The translations under genes and the position numbers were made by a program. The notes beneath the pieces are model-generated. The model did not search any database. It was not told the DNA's origin and saw only the letters and a list, made by a program, of their open reading frames with translations. Shown here piece by piece: positions 48,763 to 62,714 of a stretch of DNA of 64,000 bases. Numbering within the stretch: position 1 is the stretch's first letter; every line of letters begins with the position of its first letter. Source of the stretch: Callorhinchus milii (lineage: Eukaryota); contig NW_024704743.1 of assembly GCF_018977255.1 (NCBI RefSeq), positions 33,420,001 to 33,484,000 on the forward strand. The letters run 5' to 3'.

Positions 48763-49145
48763 CCTGATTGCTCTATCCTTTATTCCTGCTCTGAAACGTT
48801 CTTTATAATCAAGTGTATTTCCACAGGATTGGAGAAGTAGAGATTATCATGCAGCCATACTCAAATCACTTTCTGTTCCAGATGTCAATAATTTAAGACC
48901 ATATACTTTGACTGTTTTTTTCTAAAGCCAGTAAAAATCAAGCAACATTAAGTAATGCTCTGGCCAACTAGTTCATGGTTCCTGCTTTAGTGAAATTGAC
49001 AAGCTTTTTTACCAATAACTTGACAGAATCTCTTTCTGGGATTAGACACATTGACTGACAGATAGGTGGATTGATAAATAGATCAACAGACAATTCAGAG
49101 ATGCACAGGTTAGTGATGCAGTGTTCTCTGACATCTAAGAACCTT
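48763..49145 (+). mobile_element. Highly degraded non-LTR reverse transcriptase relic
   Basis: Manual translation gives SVFPQDWRS...KSLSVPDVNNLRPYTLT and later TDRWID...DAVFSDI, matching the RT N-terminal motifs FPxxWK, NxRPIxLT and AVFLD. Contains stops and frameshifts. Confidence 0.55.
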
Positions 49146-51079
49146 TAGCGATGACAAATAAAAAGTTACATTTACAGATTCAACAGAATAACAGGATTAC
49201 CTGCTGTGAAACATTGCATTTTTCTATGAATTCCTAAAGAAAAGCCATTGGAGCTGAACAACCTTTTCACCCCCAACCCACTCAATGGTTTGAATTCAAC
49301 TTGATTTGAAGAAAATGTCACCACCAACTTGGCTGCTGTTCAGCAAAGACCCACTTTAGTTTTACTTTGGACCATTATTGAATGCTGCATCATAGGAGGT
49401 GGGTTGAGTAGACCAGTACCTGTTTTTCAGTTACATTGAAACACTGTTGAGGCCAGGACACTGGACTCAATTTTAAAAGCGGCTCAATCCTTGTGATTGG
49501 AGGGAACAGTAGACTCATCTGGAAGGATGAGATTGGATGGATCAAAGGATCGTCTTCATCCAGACCAACCTTGTGATCTCTGTGATCTTGTTTAACAGAG
49601 AATTCTTTGAGCCCAATCATTATACAACAAAATCTTGGGGGAGGCGGAATAGAGTGCCACAATCAATCTACAGGAATAATATTTTCTCCCTCTAATTCCA
49701 ACAATGGAGCAGTGTGTTGAGGATAGGGATGGAAAGTAAGAAGAGGGTGTGAGGGAGACAGCTACAATCGACAGCATATAGCTTTCCAACCTCCAAGGAA
49801 AGGTTAGTAGTTTGTAGAATGTGCTACAGTTTGGGGGCAGACACGATGTGAAAGTGAGAGAAAGTGGGGGCATCAGCGCCAAACCCATTCTTATCCTCAC
49901 TCAAAATGCATGCTCCAGGAGGGATCTTTAATAATAATCCCTGCAATTGATATAGTGTCTATACAACATATAATGTGGAGAACATCTCAAAGCACTTCAC
50001 AGATTTTCTGTAGAGTGTAGTTAGTGACTGTGTATTTGTCGGTACGATTGTTTGACAGTAATCATTAGAAGAAATGGTGGCTGATGGGCTTCTGCAGACA
50101 ATAGTGCCTATCACTGCACCGGCTGGGATCAACAAACTCAGCACAGGGAGGAGACCAGAGTTGTGATCATCCTGTCTGTATGGCCTAGCTGCACACTGAG
50201 CAGTGAACCATCCCAGAAGAGATCATTACAGAATGAAATTTCATCCCAACAGCTCCTTTTAACAAAGCTGATTTCCCCCGGCTGAAGTTTATTGCCCATT
50301 CATTGGTATTGCTGTAAACATGTCTTTTCCATTCTTTCAGACACACCGAATCACTCAGCTCCTCCCTAACAGATCAAGCTGTATTCCTGATGTGTTTGTA
50401 TGTATTTATTTTGCCTGTAGGCCTCCGTTGATAAGATTCCTTTGAGGAGAAATGGGGCCATCGTCCCCCTGCTTTATAGAGGATACCAGAATGAAAAGCT
50501 GCCCAGATACAGCGCCAGCAAAGAGCGACACACAAACCCCTGTTTATAGTGGCAGATCGATTCATCAAACTCTAGATTCTGAGTAACACAGTAGGAGTCT
50601 TTCAGTAGGAGTTGCTCCCAATTCAAAAACTACTCAAATAAACCAGTAGAATATCTCAATCTGAGGAAACAATAAAAAGAATAAATAAATAAATCTTCCT
50701 GATAAATTACTTCCTTTTTTCTGCTCACTCCAGTGAAACTCGAGGAAGTGGAAAGTGACCGTAAACCCAAGTTAGCCAAAGGGACTGGAAGAGTAAGATA
50801 GGAGAAGCTCATAGAAGTAAGAGTTTAGAAATCAGAAATTTGGCTTGCAGGATTAACAGGAGCTGAGCGGGATGTTTCCCTGCCCCCAGTGACAGGTCTG
50901 CCCTTCCAGGTCCTGCCAATCAACCAGTGCTGTCATCAGCAGTGCCCTGGAATACTGAGGATCTGTCTGGCTCAGGAACCGGACTTCCGAGACCGCCACA
51001 GAGGGCTGGTTTCATTCTGAAATTCCATTGCCAGGCACGTCACCTTGATGCCAGTTCAACTCCAAGGAGACCCCACTTA

Positions 51080-51330
51080 AAAGATTGTACAGCAGGGCAA
51101 TAGGCCATTCAGCCCACTAGTCCATGGCATTCTTTGTACTCCACAGCTCTCTTATTTCCCTTACCTATGCCCTTCTATTCCCTCCTCCTTCATGTATGTA
51201 CATCAAGTTCCCTCTTCAACACATTGATGCTTTTAACAGCTTCGAGCAGTGAGTCCCACAATGAAATGAATGGCCTTTCCCATGTGTACAATAAGTAAAG
51301 AAACTGTAAGTATGCCATGTATTTTATAGG
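51080..51330 (-). mobile_element. CR1 LINE 3' end
   Basis: SLWDSLLEAVKSINVLKRELDVH and 3' UTR GGGCTGAATGGCCT. Confidence 0.7.
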
Positions 51331-51959
51331 GACTAGCACATCTGTCCAAATAGCAATCCAATTCAGACACTGGAGTAAAAGCCACGTTAACAACTGAGTG
51401 AAACAAACTGCCCAGTTTCACTGTTGGATGTTCTGTCCTCAGGGTGCTGGCAATGTTTGTACTAGAGTGATATGATGGCCATTGACCCACATTAGCTAAT
51501 TTGTTGCGAATGCAAACATAATTCACAAAGGTATAACAGCTGATGAGAAGAGCAAAAGCTAATTAAGTTTTCCTTATTTAGGTTGAAAATTACCACAGAG
51601 ATCCTGGGTGTTTCAGACCAACAGTTGGGCTTCACGTAAGCAAATGACTTATTACCCGCTATCTCTTTTAATTATTCGAGGGACTCAATTAAAACAATTT
51701 AATTAGGGCTGCAGAGTTCAAACCTGCAGAGGGACAGAAGTCAGTGGAGTCTTGAAGCGATTAATATTCCTGTCTGAAATGGTGTGGTCTTCACAAACAT
51801 GTAGAATCTCTTTCATGTTGATGTCTGCCTGCCTCAGTTGGTAGCACTCTCTCTCCTGAGTCAGGGGAGAGAGTGGGGTTCTGGGGTTAAGTTCCAAGTC
51901 TCAAATGTAGGAACTGTGTGTTATGTAGGTGAATGAAACAGCCAATTTACACACAGTTA

Positions 51960-52250
51960 TGAAGTAAATGAGCAATTTTATTTGGGGGAATTGATTAGAA
52001 CACTAGGAGAAACTCCCTTCTCTTTTCGAATAGTGCCATGGGATCTTTAACGTCAACCTGGACAGGCAGACGGGACCTGGTTTTAAAATCTTTTGGTTTA
52101 ACCAAAGAAAATCACCTCTGTTAATGCAATGCAACCCTAGCACTGCAGGGGGATGTCAGCCTAGACTATGGTCTCAAAGTCCCAACATGGGATTTGAACC
52201 CACAATCATTTGACAAGAGATGAGAGTGATACCAGTTGAGCTAGGCTGAC
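51960..52250 (-). mobile_element. Deu-domain SINE
   Basis: Same core and head as 1-371. Confidence 0.7.
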
Positions 52251-54084
52251 TTGTGTGCATTGAATACAAACTAACTGGATGGCAATCCTACTGCAAAGTT
52301 TATATTTGACCAACGTGTACTTATAGAGACTTTCAGAGTTCGCTGAATCAGGAGCAGGAACACTGCCTGATAGCTCAGGAGGCTAATTGTATCAGGGCCG
52401 CCATCCCTTTTATTAAACATTAATGTAGACTAGGAATCAAACCTGGAGACCTGTGTGGCTCAGAACCACATTGTGTGGTACATTGACTAACAAAGCCATT
52501 GGGGAGCACCTTTAAAAAGAAAACCAAGGTTGCATTACAGGTCAAATTCAAACCAAACAATTTCAACAAAGAATTCCTTTAAACAGTAATCTCATTTGTT
52601 TAAAAAAAACACACAGGAAAGGAATCAAGCAGTTTTAATGGGAGGAAAACATGCTGGAAATGATAATCACATCCTATTATATGTTTAGATATTCTTTGAT
52701 TTGATATGTCCCCAGGGCCTGTGCACTAAAGCTTTATGTCTTTAGATAATTGCAAAGAAATTTGCTCAAGGATTCTGTGCTGCATCTGAGCCAAATGCAG
52801 TCTTTGCCACTGTTCTCAGTTCTCGTGTCTGACTTGGAATCAAACCACTTTTATTGCACTCGAGTCCTCGTCACTTGTGTACCTCAGAAATGCCATCTGC
52901 CCTTCATTTACTTTGTCCTTCTTGCCCCTCAATTAAATCTGACATGGCACAGAGATACAATCTGTCAGTGCTTATCCTGCCTGGATCTCAGTGCTAGCCT
53001 TCAGCCTTCGCTTCCACATTCAGTCAGTGGCTCCTTTCACTTCACACAACGTCCATTCTGCAGGATCAGGGTCAGGATCAGCATTCCATGGTGATTTTGT
53101 TTTGCGCCTGGGAATCCTTCTTTTGCCTGTGGTGTTCATTTAATTGTAACATTTTCACTCCAACGCACTGCTCACTGTTTGGTTCTTACCTTCTGCTCTT
53201 AAGGTTCTTTGTTGCTGTGTCCAGCTGAGCTCAGTCTGTTCAAAGGAGGATCATTGCCACGCTGGGTGGCAATCTCAGAGCGCTTCCCATGATTTACTGT
53301 AAAGTATAGCAACTGTGTATTTTGTAGGCGAACATCACTATTTCAAATGCAAGGATTATTATTATTTTTTATGAGTGGTTTCAATGAGAACGATCCATTA
53401 TGTCCATTATATCCAGTCTAGCTCGATCGGCAGCACACATGCATCTTGCACAAAAAGTTGTGGGCCCAAACCACCTAGGAGTGCACTGCATTGCTGGAGG
53501 TTTTGCTTTGGATTGAACCAAGGTCCTACCTGCCTGCTCAGTTGGTCATTAAAGATCCCATGACACTATTTGCAAAACAGAAGGCAATTTCTGCCAGGAT
53601 CCTGGCCAACAATCTTCCTGAACAATTGTTCATTCACATTGTGACTGGTTATGAACACATTGCTGTGCACAAAATGGCTGCTGTGTTTGCTTACAAAAGC
53701 ATTCACAATACAGTAATTACTGTTGTGAAGGTTTGACGTTACTGGTGCCAAAAAGAATGCACGTTCTTTCTTTTCTCACCTGCTGTTTCCAAAATTTGAA
53801 TCTATCATTGCTATTGATAATCTTTTCATTACAAGCATAGAATGGGAAATCCTGTTTCCCCTAGCTAAGGTTGCCAGTATCATAGGTGTGGCCAGCGATA
53901 TACCCCAATGTGCCTCAGGCCTTATTGCAGAAAGCCATCCATTCCTCCTGCATCAGTGAGATAGGTTTCATTTCCAGATTGGATGTCCTGTGATCTCTCT
54001 GAGTGAGATTGTCAATTTACCATTGAATTTCTGTATAGGCTACTGAGTTTATGTGTTGGGAATTAGGTTGTAATCTGCCTAAAA

Positions 54085-54450
54085 TAATAATAATAATCCT
54101 TGAATTTGATATAGCACCTTATCACGTATTCAAGATGTCTCAAAGCGCTTCACAGAATATATTCTAAATATACAGCCATTGACTGTATATTTTGTGGGCG
54201 AAAGATAATAATAATCCTTGCATTTGATATAGCGCTTTTCACATCTTCTAGACGTCTCAAAGCACTTCACAGAATACACTGTAAAGTGAATTGACTGTAT
54301 ATTTGTGGATGAAGCACACAGCAGTGTCCCACAAAGTGGTAGATTGAAGTGACCAATTTATTATTGTTTTTTTTCTTGAGGAATTATTATCAGGCGTGTG
54401 GAGTAAATGAACTTGCCGAAGAGTTCGCCCTGCCGGGAATCAAACCCAGA
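54085..54450 (-). mobile_element. Two tandem SINE2-1_CM-like segments
   Basis: Tail module at 54085-54203, immediately followed by a longer copy at 54205-54450. Confidence 0.8.
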
Positions 54451-55460
54451 TAGGTTCATATGGAACCTTTACAGCCAATGGAATTTGTTTGGATAGTGAA
54501 GGAAAAAGCAGAAGACTTGAGGACTGAGGTGTACTTTATGATCCAATGATGTGCAAACTCCACAGGATTGGAGCTTAGTCTACAATGGACAGTGAGCGCT
54601 GGGGGGGAAGGTAGAGAAAGTAAGGAGGGAGAGGATTACTGGAGGAGGCCTGTATTCTAGGCATTTCCTCACTCTTCTCTATTTTTGTAGAATTCAATAC
54701 AATCAATCAGAAACATTTTCTATCAAGGTGTCCACACATTACAGCTGGCCAAGTTGTTCTGTTGGTTGACTTGACTTTAAAATATCCAGTCAGCAATATG
54801 TAAGCAACTGGAGATTTAATGCTGAGTGAGGTCTTGGTGGTTCTAGCAAGGTCACCCTTTATACCTGACTCGTTGCTTTTTGAGACAAAGGAGGAATGTA
54901 AAAACAGCTGACAACAGTTTTCAATCAAGTTACTAATGCTCAGTAATAGCTACCAGTCCAGTACACCTCAAGTGCATATGTGGGCGAAGATTCTGCGTAA
55001 ACAAGGGGTGGACAATAGGTGAGAAGTGAGCGTTAAAAAGAAGTCAATGGGTGCAAAAGAAAGGAATGTGGATCTGTTGAAAACAATGGAAGCTTTTGTA
55101 GGATAACATCAAGCTGGAAGTGATAGCAAAAGAGAAAGAACAATAGGTGGGATCCAGCATAATACAAGGACATCTGCCACCAGCCTACTGCCTTCATTCT
55201 TCTATAAGTTGCATTCCTGCTTTGAAGGAATGCCAAAATTGGGCCAAACAGCCCTTCACCCAAAATGCTCTCAAAACATTGCCCAATGACAATGAGGTTT
55301 AACACAAAGCCTACCAGTAAGAAAAACACACCTTCCAAATGAGATTCAGTTACAGGAAAAGAAAAGCAGCTGTCACGGTTCAACTGGAAATCAATCCATG
55401 ACAAAAGTGATCATTTATTAAAGAGGAACAGGATCAGAAGCCCAACATGTTACCTAGTCT

Positions 55461-55757
55461 TAATAATAATCCTTGCATTTGATATAGCGCTTTGCACGTC
55501 TTCTCGACGTCTCAAAGCGCTTCACAGAATATGCTGTAAAGTGAATTGACTGTATATTTGTGGGCGAAACATTAATTGCGCACAGCAGTGTCCAACAAAC
55601 AGTCGTGGATTGAAAATGACCAATTTATTATTTTTTTTGGAGGGATTATTGTTAGACGTATGGAGTAAGGAAACTTGGCCAAACTTTCGTCCTGCCTGGA
55701 ATTGAATCCAGGTGTCTCGCTTTCAAGGCGAGTGCTCTAACCACTGAACTACAGGAC
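55461..55757 (-). mobile_element. SINE2-1_CM-like SINE, short form
   Basis: Similar to the other copies from head to tail. Confidence 0.85.
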
Positions 55758-55894
55758 TTAGCCTCAAGACCATTTTGTCTTCAAATTTAAAATCATGCAG
55801 CACCATGAAAATTCTTAAATTCAGTCTTAATTCAGAACCTGTTTCCAAATTAAGACTAAATTTAAGAATCTTTTGCAATTTTGTGTGTGTAAAA

Positions 55895-56080
55895 AGAAAT
55901 AATAATTTGGTCATCAATCCATGACTGTTTGTGGGACACTGCGGTGCGCAATTGACTGACACATTTCGCCCACAAAATATACAGTTAATTCACTTTACAA
56001 GTATATTCTGTGAAGTGCTTTGAGACGTCTCGATGAAGTGATATGGCATTATATCAAATGCAAGGATTATAGTATTATTA
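55895..56080 (+). mobile_element. SINE2-1_CM-like 3' half
   Basis: AATAATTTGGTCA...CAAATGCAAGGATTAT. Confidence 0.8.
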
Positions 56081-58139
56081 TCTTCAAATTCAAAATGAAA
56101 AAGGTCTGACAGGCCAAGACCAGCTGGAATTTAGGGCCTCAAAGTCCTTGGAACCCAGCCCGTCATGTTTGTGAGGGAGGCGGGTACTTCAGGTTCTCTG
56201 AGAGAAGGAAGGCAGCACTGAAGTAATGGCAGGCTCTTTATAACACACTGTGCAAGGTTTGCACATCAGTGAAATCAGATGTGGATCTATGAGTGATTTA
56301 GTGTCGGTGTCCTATTTCATTAGCTATGGTGAACAGCACTGGGAAGGAACTCGCTGGACCCAGTGAAGTATCACTTTCTAGCACGTGAAGCTGTATGTGT
56401 CTATGTATTAGACGCAGCACGGAGGCGCAACCCCCCCCCCACCCCACCACCACCACAATCCAGATGTCTGAGATCAGCTGCTGAAACACTGGAGGTTTCC
56501 TCGTTCGTTTCTACCAGTAATTCATTAGATGTGGGCAGTCTTCGTGGGAGGGGGTTTATCTTCCCTCCGTAACACATAATAATAGTAATAAACCTTGTAT
56601 TTGATATAACACCTTATCACATCTTCGATACGTCTAAAAGCGCTTTGCAGAATATACTGATAAGTAAATTGATTGTATATTTTGTGGGCGATACATCTTA
56701 AAACAAAACACAGTACAGCTTCAAAAGTAAAGTGAGAAAATGTGAAACAAAAGGGGGAGGTTGACATCACCGTCCATTAAATATTTAGGTCTCAACAGTA
56801 CTCTTCAATTACAAAAGCTTGGCTGCTGCCCAAATATATTATGTTGGGAAGATAAAAGGATCTAAAGCCTATTTATTTTAGTATAATCACAGGATTATTG
56901 GGGGAAAAAGGTACTAATCCATAATCTTTTCCAGAAACACTCCCAACACTAGGACCTTTTAATTTTTATATAAATTTGAGCTGCTCGTTTGAATCAGCTT
57001 TGAGTATCTGCCAAAACTTCTGTCCAATTGTGTGTACAGCTGGATTTACTTTCCATTATCCTCCTCCCTGCTCTCAGGTCTCCTTTCACATCAGGTTTGT
57101 GCACTGGATGCATTTATTACCACTCCAAGATTACACGTCTTTCACCATTACTAAAGGTTTGCTGTAACAAAACAGTATCAAATGAGTAATGTGTTGTGCA
57201 CACTCTCTGCAGCCCCTGGGACAGTGACTAAACTACACATGAGTTGTGTTGTTTATCTGTTTTCAGGAGTCAGAGTCAATGTGTTAGCTGGAAAAGGATA
57301 TCAGTGAGTAGATGAAGCATGTCGCACTCATGACCTGTGTACCAGTGGGATTTTCTTTCTCAATTTTCTCCCTTTGCCCTTTTTCCCTGAACTTAACTCA
57401 GGACTTGCGCTTCCCATGAGCAAAGTGTGTCTTCAGGCTCCTTGCTCAAGTTTTTATTTGTGAGTCTTGATCGAACACTCAACTCTTTGTGTGTGTGGGT
57501 GTGTCCTCCTGATGTTAAAGGTCCTATATAAATGTAGTTTGTTGTTGTTGTGTCTGTGTGTGTGTTTGGGGGACTGTTTGTAGGGGTGAATCACAGTCAG
57601 GTTTGATGCTATCCTCGCCAACACAGTCACTACACCTCACAGTAACATCCTGTGGAGCACTTTGAGACGTCTCAATGACATGATAAGTCTCAAAGTCAAA
57701 TGCAAGGATTATTTTTATAATTGAGTCTACACACACACATATACTTTCCAGTTCCAGTTAATTGGAGCCCACTATAACCAGCCACACAGTGACTAGTATT
57801 TTCATGTGTGTTTGCCGGGGGGTAGGGAGGTGACGATAGACCAGCACGACTCAACTGAAAAAAAAGGAATAGGTTGAATAAGAAGCTTGTGGGTAAACAG
57901 GCACATCGCACAACAAATAGCTGATCAATGTAATAACAACAACTTGCACTTATATAGTACCCCCTTCACGCAGGGTAATGTCTCAGAGCACTTGGCGGAA
58001 CCACTGATATTCTTGTTTAATTTTATTAATACTAGCCAAATTTACTGAAATCAAATCGAAATATGTACAGTAACATGGGAAACATACCTTTACGTATTAA
58101 AAAGTCAACAAAATCATTTAAAATGAACAAATCACAACT

Positions 58140-58530
58140 TCACTGTAAGCACGGTTCAAGAGGAAGGTCTTCAGGTGCGACCTGAAGATGGGGAAGGAAG
58201 GGGTAAGGCGGAAGAATTGAGGACATGTGTTCCAGAGTTTTGGGCGTAATGGCTGAATGTGCGGCCACTGATAGTAGAATGGAGGGCACAAGGGACATGC
58301 AAGCGGCCGGAGCCAGTCAAGTGGAGGCAATGGGTAGTAGGTTGGGGAGTAAGCAGGTTGGAGAGACAGGGAGGTGCCAGGGCATGAAGGGCTTTGAAGA
58401 CGAGTGTGAGGATTTAGAAATTGATCCTTTCGGCGATAGGGAGTCAGTTGAGCCTGGCTAGAACTGGTGGTGATGGTGGTATGGAGTTTAGTGCTGGTGA
58501 GTATAGGGGCGGCGGAGTTCTGGATTAACT
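58140..58530 (-). mobile_element. L2 LINE 3' fragment
   Basis: Closely similar to 6970-7350. Confidence 0.8.
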
Positions 58531-59744
58531 GTATTCAAGGCGGGAGGTGATAAGCACGTGGTAAGGGTTTCGTCTACATATTCTCTTCAATTAACAAGGT
58601 TAATTTGTTGCTGCAATATACAGTGGCATAGAAAAGAAGTGCTACCAAGCGGGGAGCTTAACAGGATGGAGGCAGGGTAGAATGTGCACAGAAACCTGCG
58701 GATCTGGCCCACCCTGGAGAGAATAGAATTGAATGTGTAGTGTGCATTCTTTGAGCCAGAGAAAGAAAATATCTTCAAACATACATAACACTATCTTCCA
58801 GCAGTTATCAGCACCACTCCAGTGAGCAGCTAGAAGGAGAAGCTATGGCATCCCGTCGAAAGGCTGATTTAAAGTTGCAATATCTCTTTAACTGAGCCAT
58901 TTATAGGTCTGTATTACAACTATAAAATTCAGAAGTGCATTACCACTAAATTCCTGTAGTAAATTTTCTTGATACTTTTATCATTTAAAAGTTATTAAAT
59001 TTTTAGTCCGCTCATTTCCTTTGCTGGCAGTCCCTTTGAGAAATCAATCAGGTATCACACTTAGAGATTACCATTCGGCTGATTGTGAATAGTTTAAATT
59101 GACCTGCTGTGCACATCCATTCAGAAAGTGGCCTTACTTGAAGGTTATTAGAGAAACAGGAGACGTGTGAGGAGATTGAAACTGCGTCCCCATTGCTTTC
59201 ACAGGCAAACAGCAGAAATTCCTTCACACAGGCGTCACACAGAGGTTACCAGTATAGCGAAGTGGGGTACGGACCAAGAACAATGTACCAAGGGACTTCT
59301 AGGTCACGGGTTCACATCAGCACTTTTCTGATCTAAGCCATACTATCCAGAAAAGGTGATTAGATGAATTCGGCTGCTATTGTAGTGTCAATGAGGGAAC
59401 TCAGGTAGTCGCTTGCTCCACATATGTCCTAGTGACTAGAGACACTGTCCAATGTCCAGGCCTAATTTGGGTTTTAGGAAATGTGAAAATCTGGCTTGCA
59501 AATTAAGATGGAAATTTTCACAATTCTGGTTCATCTCATGTTACATTTTAGGATGATTATCGTCTTACAAGCTCAGACTGCGTGGAATTTCAGGCCTTAT
59601 GCTTTGAGGAGGAAAAATTACTCCTTATGTCTCTGATAAAAGCAATGTTTTTTTTTAACTGGTTTTACTGATAGCTGAGTTTTGCTACTTGGCTGGATAC
59701 CAGTGGTATTATTTGTACTATTCTGGACAATTGTGGCTCTAATT

Positions 59745-60112
59745 GTGGAGTCTTGTAGCTCAGTGGTTAGAGCACTCACCTCTCAAGTGAGAGACCTGGG
59801 TTCTATTCCCGGCAGGGCGAAATGTTGGGCAAGTTTCCTTACTCTACACGCCTGTTTACCTAGCAGTAAGTAGGAACCCAGTTGTTAGTCAATTGGCGGA
59901 TCGTTTTTCCGGGGGATAATAATCCCTCAAAAAAAACAAGAATAATTTGGTCACTCAATCCATGACTGTTTGTGGGACACTGCTGTGCATAATTAGCAGT
60001 TGAGTTTCACCCACAAAATTTACAATCAATTCACTTTACACTATATTCTGTGAAGCTCATTGAGATGTCTCGAAAGTGTTAAGATGATTTATCAAATGCA
60101 AGGATTATTATT
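59745..60112 (+). mobile_element. SINE2-1_CM-like SINE, long form, full length
   Basis: A box TAGCTCAGTGG, B box GGTTCTATTCC, (ATT)n tail. Confidence 0.85.
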
Positions 60113-60319
60113 AGTCTTAAAGACTAAGATTTCAAATCTATGATCGTGAAGATTCTTCAATTCGGACACAAATTGAAGCTGATTTTCCAGTTCTATTTGG
60201 GTACTTAAAATGCTAAGAAGGTAATAAAATTATGTGTGGGGGAGGAAAGAATTGTCAAACCAATTGAACCCAAACTAAAATATACGTTTGTTAATGGACA
60301 AAACTGAGCGTAAGACAAA

Positions 60320-60500
60320 ACTGAGAAACTGGAGTTATTGGTAAAACAGAAAGTTATGACATAATATCAATAAATAAACATGGCCTCAGGTGAGTTGGGA
60401 TTGACAATTCCATAATCCTGAGTCATAAACTTTCAGGAGCAATAGCGAGGGAAGAAGAGGAGGAGAGTTGGCAGTGTTATACACAATATCAGCATGAGAG
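60320..60500 (+). mobile_element. CR1 endonuclease-domain relic
   Basis: KLELLVKQ..YDIISI and ..R..RGG motifs across frames. Confidence 0.45.
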
Positions 60501-62714
60501 CACAAGATTTTCAACAATATATTTTAATAGAGTAATATCTTAGGGCAATTTTGCAATGACGGAGTTGGGTGCTGAACAGGGGGAAAGGGGAAATGACTAT
60601 ATCGGTATCGTTTTAGGTTAGGTTTTAAAGTGAGGTATAGAGAGTTGGTGAAGGGGTGGGACAGATGGGTAGAGGGAGCAAATTCCAGCATTTAGGGGTA
60701 TAGAATCTTAAATTACAGTAAAGTTGCTCAGTAAGAATCCTCATAGTGGGCTCCCCACAGGGCTCCAAGACACTATTCTGCATGAAGGGCACTATATAAA
60801 TGCAGTTTTTTATTGCTGTTGTAAATTTTTATTATCTCTGTTCCATGGACATATATAAGGGTTGCCACCTTACCAGACCATGTGAAATTTGGACTACGGC
60901 ACGACTGACATAATGAAGCTGAACTTTATAACTTATTTAAACACAACATACAGCCTATAAATTGTGTTGTTTGGAGTCTGTACAAAAACCCTGGAAATTA
61001 ACGCCACTTTAATGCTCATGTAGACCAACATGCAACAAGCCTTAATATATGCTACTTATATGCATTGTTGTAGCTGAGCAAATTTAGATTTCAACCAATT
61101 AGTGCATTTTCTAGGCACCAATTCGCCACACTGCAAACTTCTCTTGTGTTGATTTCAACGTCATGGAATGTTAAGCTCTCTGTTTCCGGCAACTTTCTAG
61201 AAGTAGTTTGTTGATTCGCTCCATGTATAACATTTGTCATTAACTTCGGGAATTTCATCTGCAATACAGTGCAACACAAATTGATATTTATATTTTTATA
61301 GTGCCTTTCAACGTCAGGTCGACATTCCCTGGAGCTGGATTGGGAGCCGATAGTGGGTGGGGAGTGCAAAGATGACCGAAAGTGCGGTCAAAGAGGTAGG
61401 CCAATTGAAAGCAATGATTTTGAATGGAGGGTGGTGATGGTGGTGGGGAGGAGGAGAATTGAGACCTTTGCAAGTGTCAAGATCGAACATTCCTAGGTGG
61501 AGCTAGGGTCCCTTTGTATAATGCCTGGTCGCTTCCTGTCATGACTTCCTGCCATGTCTCAGTAGTGCGCTCTCCTAGAAACAATGAGGATAGATTTTAG
61601 CTCAATACTGTGGCTCTCTGGGAAGATCAACAATCCATTCTATAATTGGAAGCACATATGCTTTGTTACACGACACCTCCCGGGAGAATTCCGCTGCTCA
61701 ATCTTGAATTAAAAGTCATATTAAGCTTTGAGCTGACTTTTTCTTGGTGAAATTCAATAAATCAGTTAACCCTTTCTGTGCTCTTTTTATTTTTAAGGAT
61801 TCGAGTTGTTTATGAGTGGCCCGTGCTCTGCAGAGGATCCAAAATATATGTGGTGTGAGATATCTTCTCTGCTCATGAGTGAGTGAACTCATAAACTCCC
61901 GAGGGATGTACTGTAGTTGTCTCTGACTTACAAGCTTGTGCATAAATATTTATTAAGAATAATCCTTGCATTGTTATTTTATTCATTCCACTAGGATTGT
62001 ATAAGAATAAATAATATTCTCCGTATTTTATATAGCGCCTTATTACATTGAAACATCTCAAAGTGCTTCACAGGATTTACTGTAAAGTGTAGTGACTATT
62101 CATTGTTCCTACAAACTTTGCTCTTTGCAATAAATCCTGTGAATTGCTTTGAGACATCCTCCCTACATGAAAGGCGCTATATCAAATGCAAGGATTATTA
62201 TTTTTATTTATAAGAGAAACTCGGCAGCAAATTTGCACATAGTAATGTCGGACACAAACAGCGATGAATTGAACAACCAATTTTATTTAGGGGATTGTTG
62301 GAAAATGACACGGGGAGAAACTCCTTTCTCTTTTCGAATAGTAAAACAAAAAGATGCAGAGGGCGTCCAATTGGTGAGCTTTTCTCTGGAAATTTATTGT
62401 GGAATCAGCTTCCAGTTACATTAGACATAAAAGTACACCTCATGGAAAATTTATTATCCATGTCTTAATGTGCTTCTCACAGTAACTGCTATTTCTCGCC
62501 AGTGAATATGAAAACAATGATGCAAGGGGTAGAGTAGCACTTACTCACCAGTCATACAAAGCTCTTTCCTCAAGCTCCAATACCAGTGGTGAGGGCACGC
62601 ATTTATCTCGCAGACTCCAGCTCTCCACTGTGAATCGGCAGCCTCTGGTTCAGCAACTTGTATTTGTTTGCATTTGTGCTTTCACGTAACAGAGCATTTC
62701 ACCTGTACAGAAAC

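Noticed and set aside
53421..53437. Similarity to the U6 snRNA 5' end (GCTCG..TCGGCAGCACA)
   Set aside because: Only about 16 nt with an indel and no continuation; compatible with chance.
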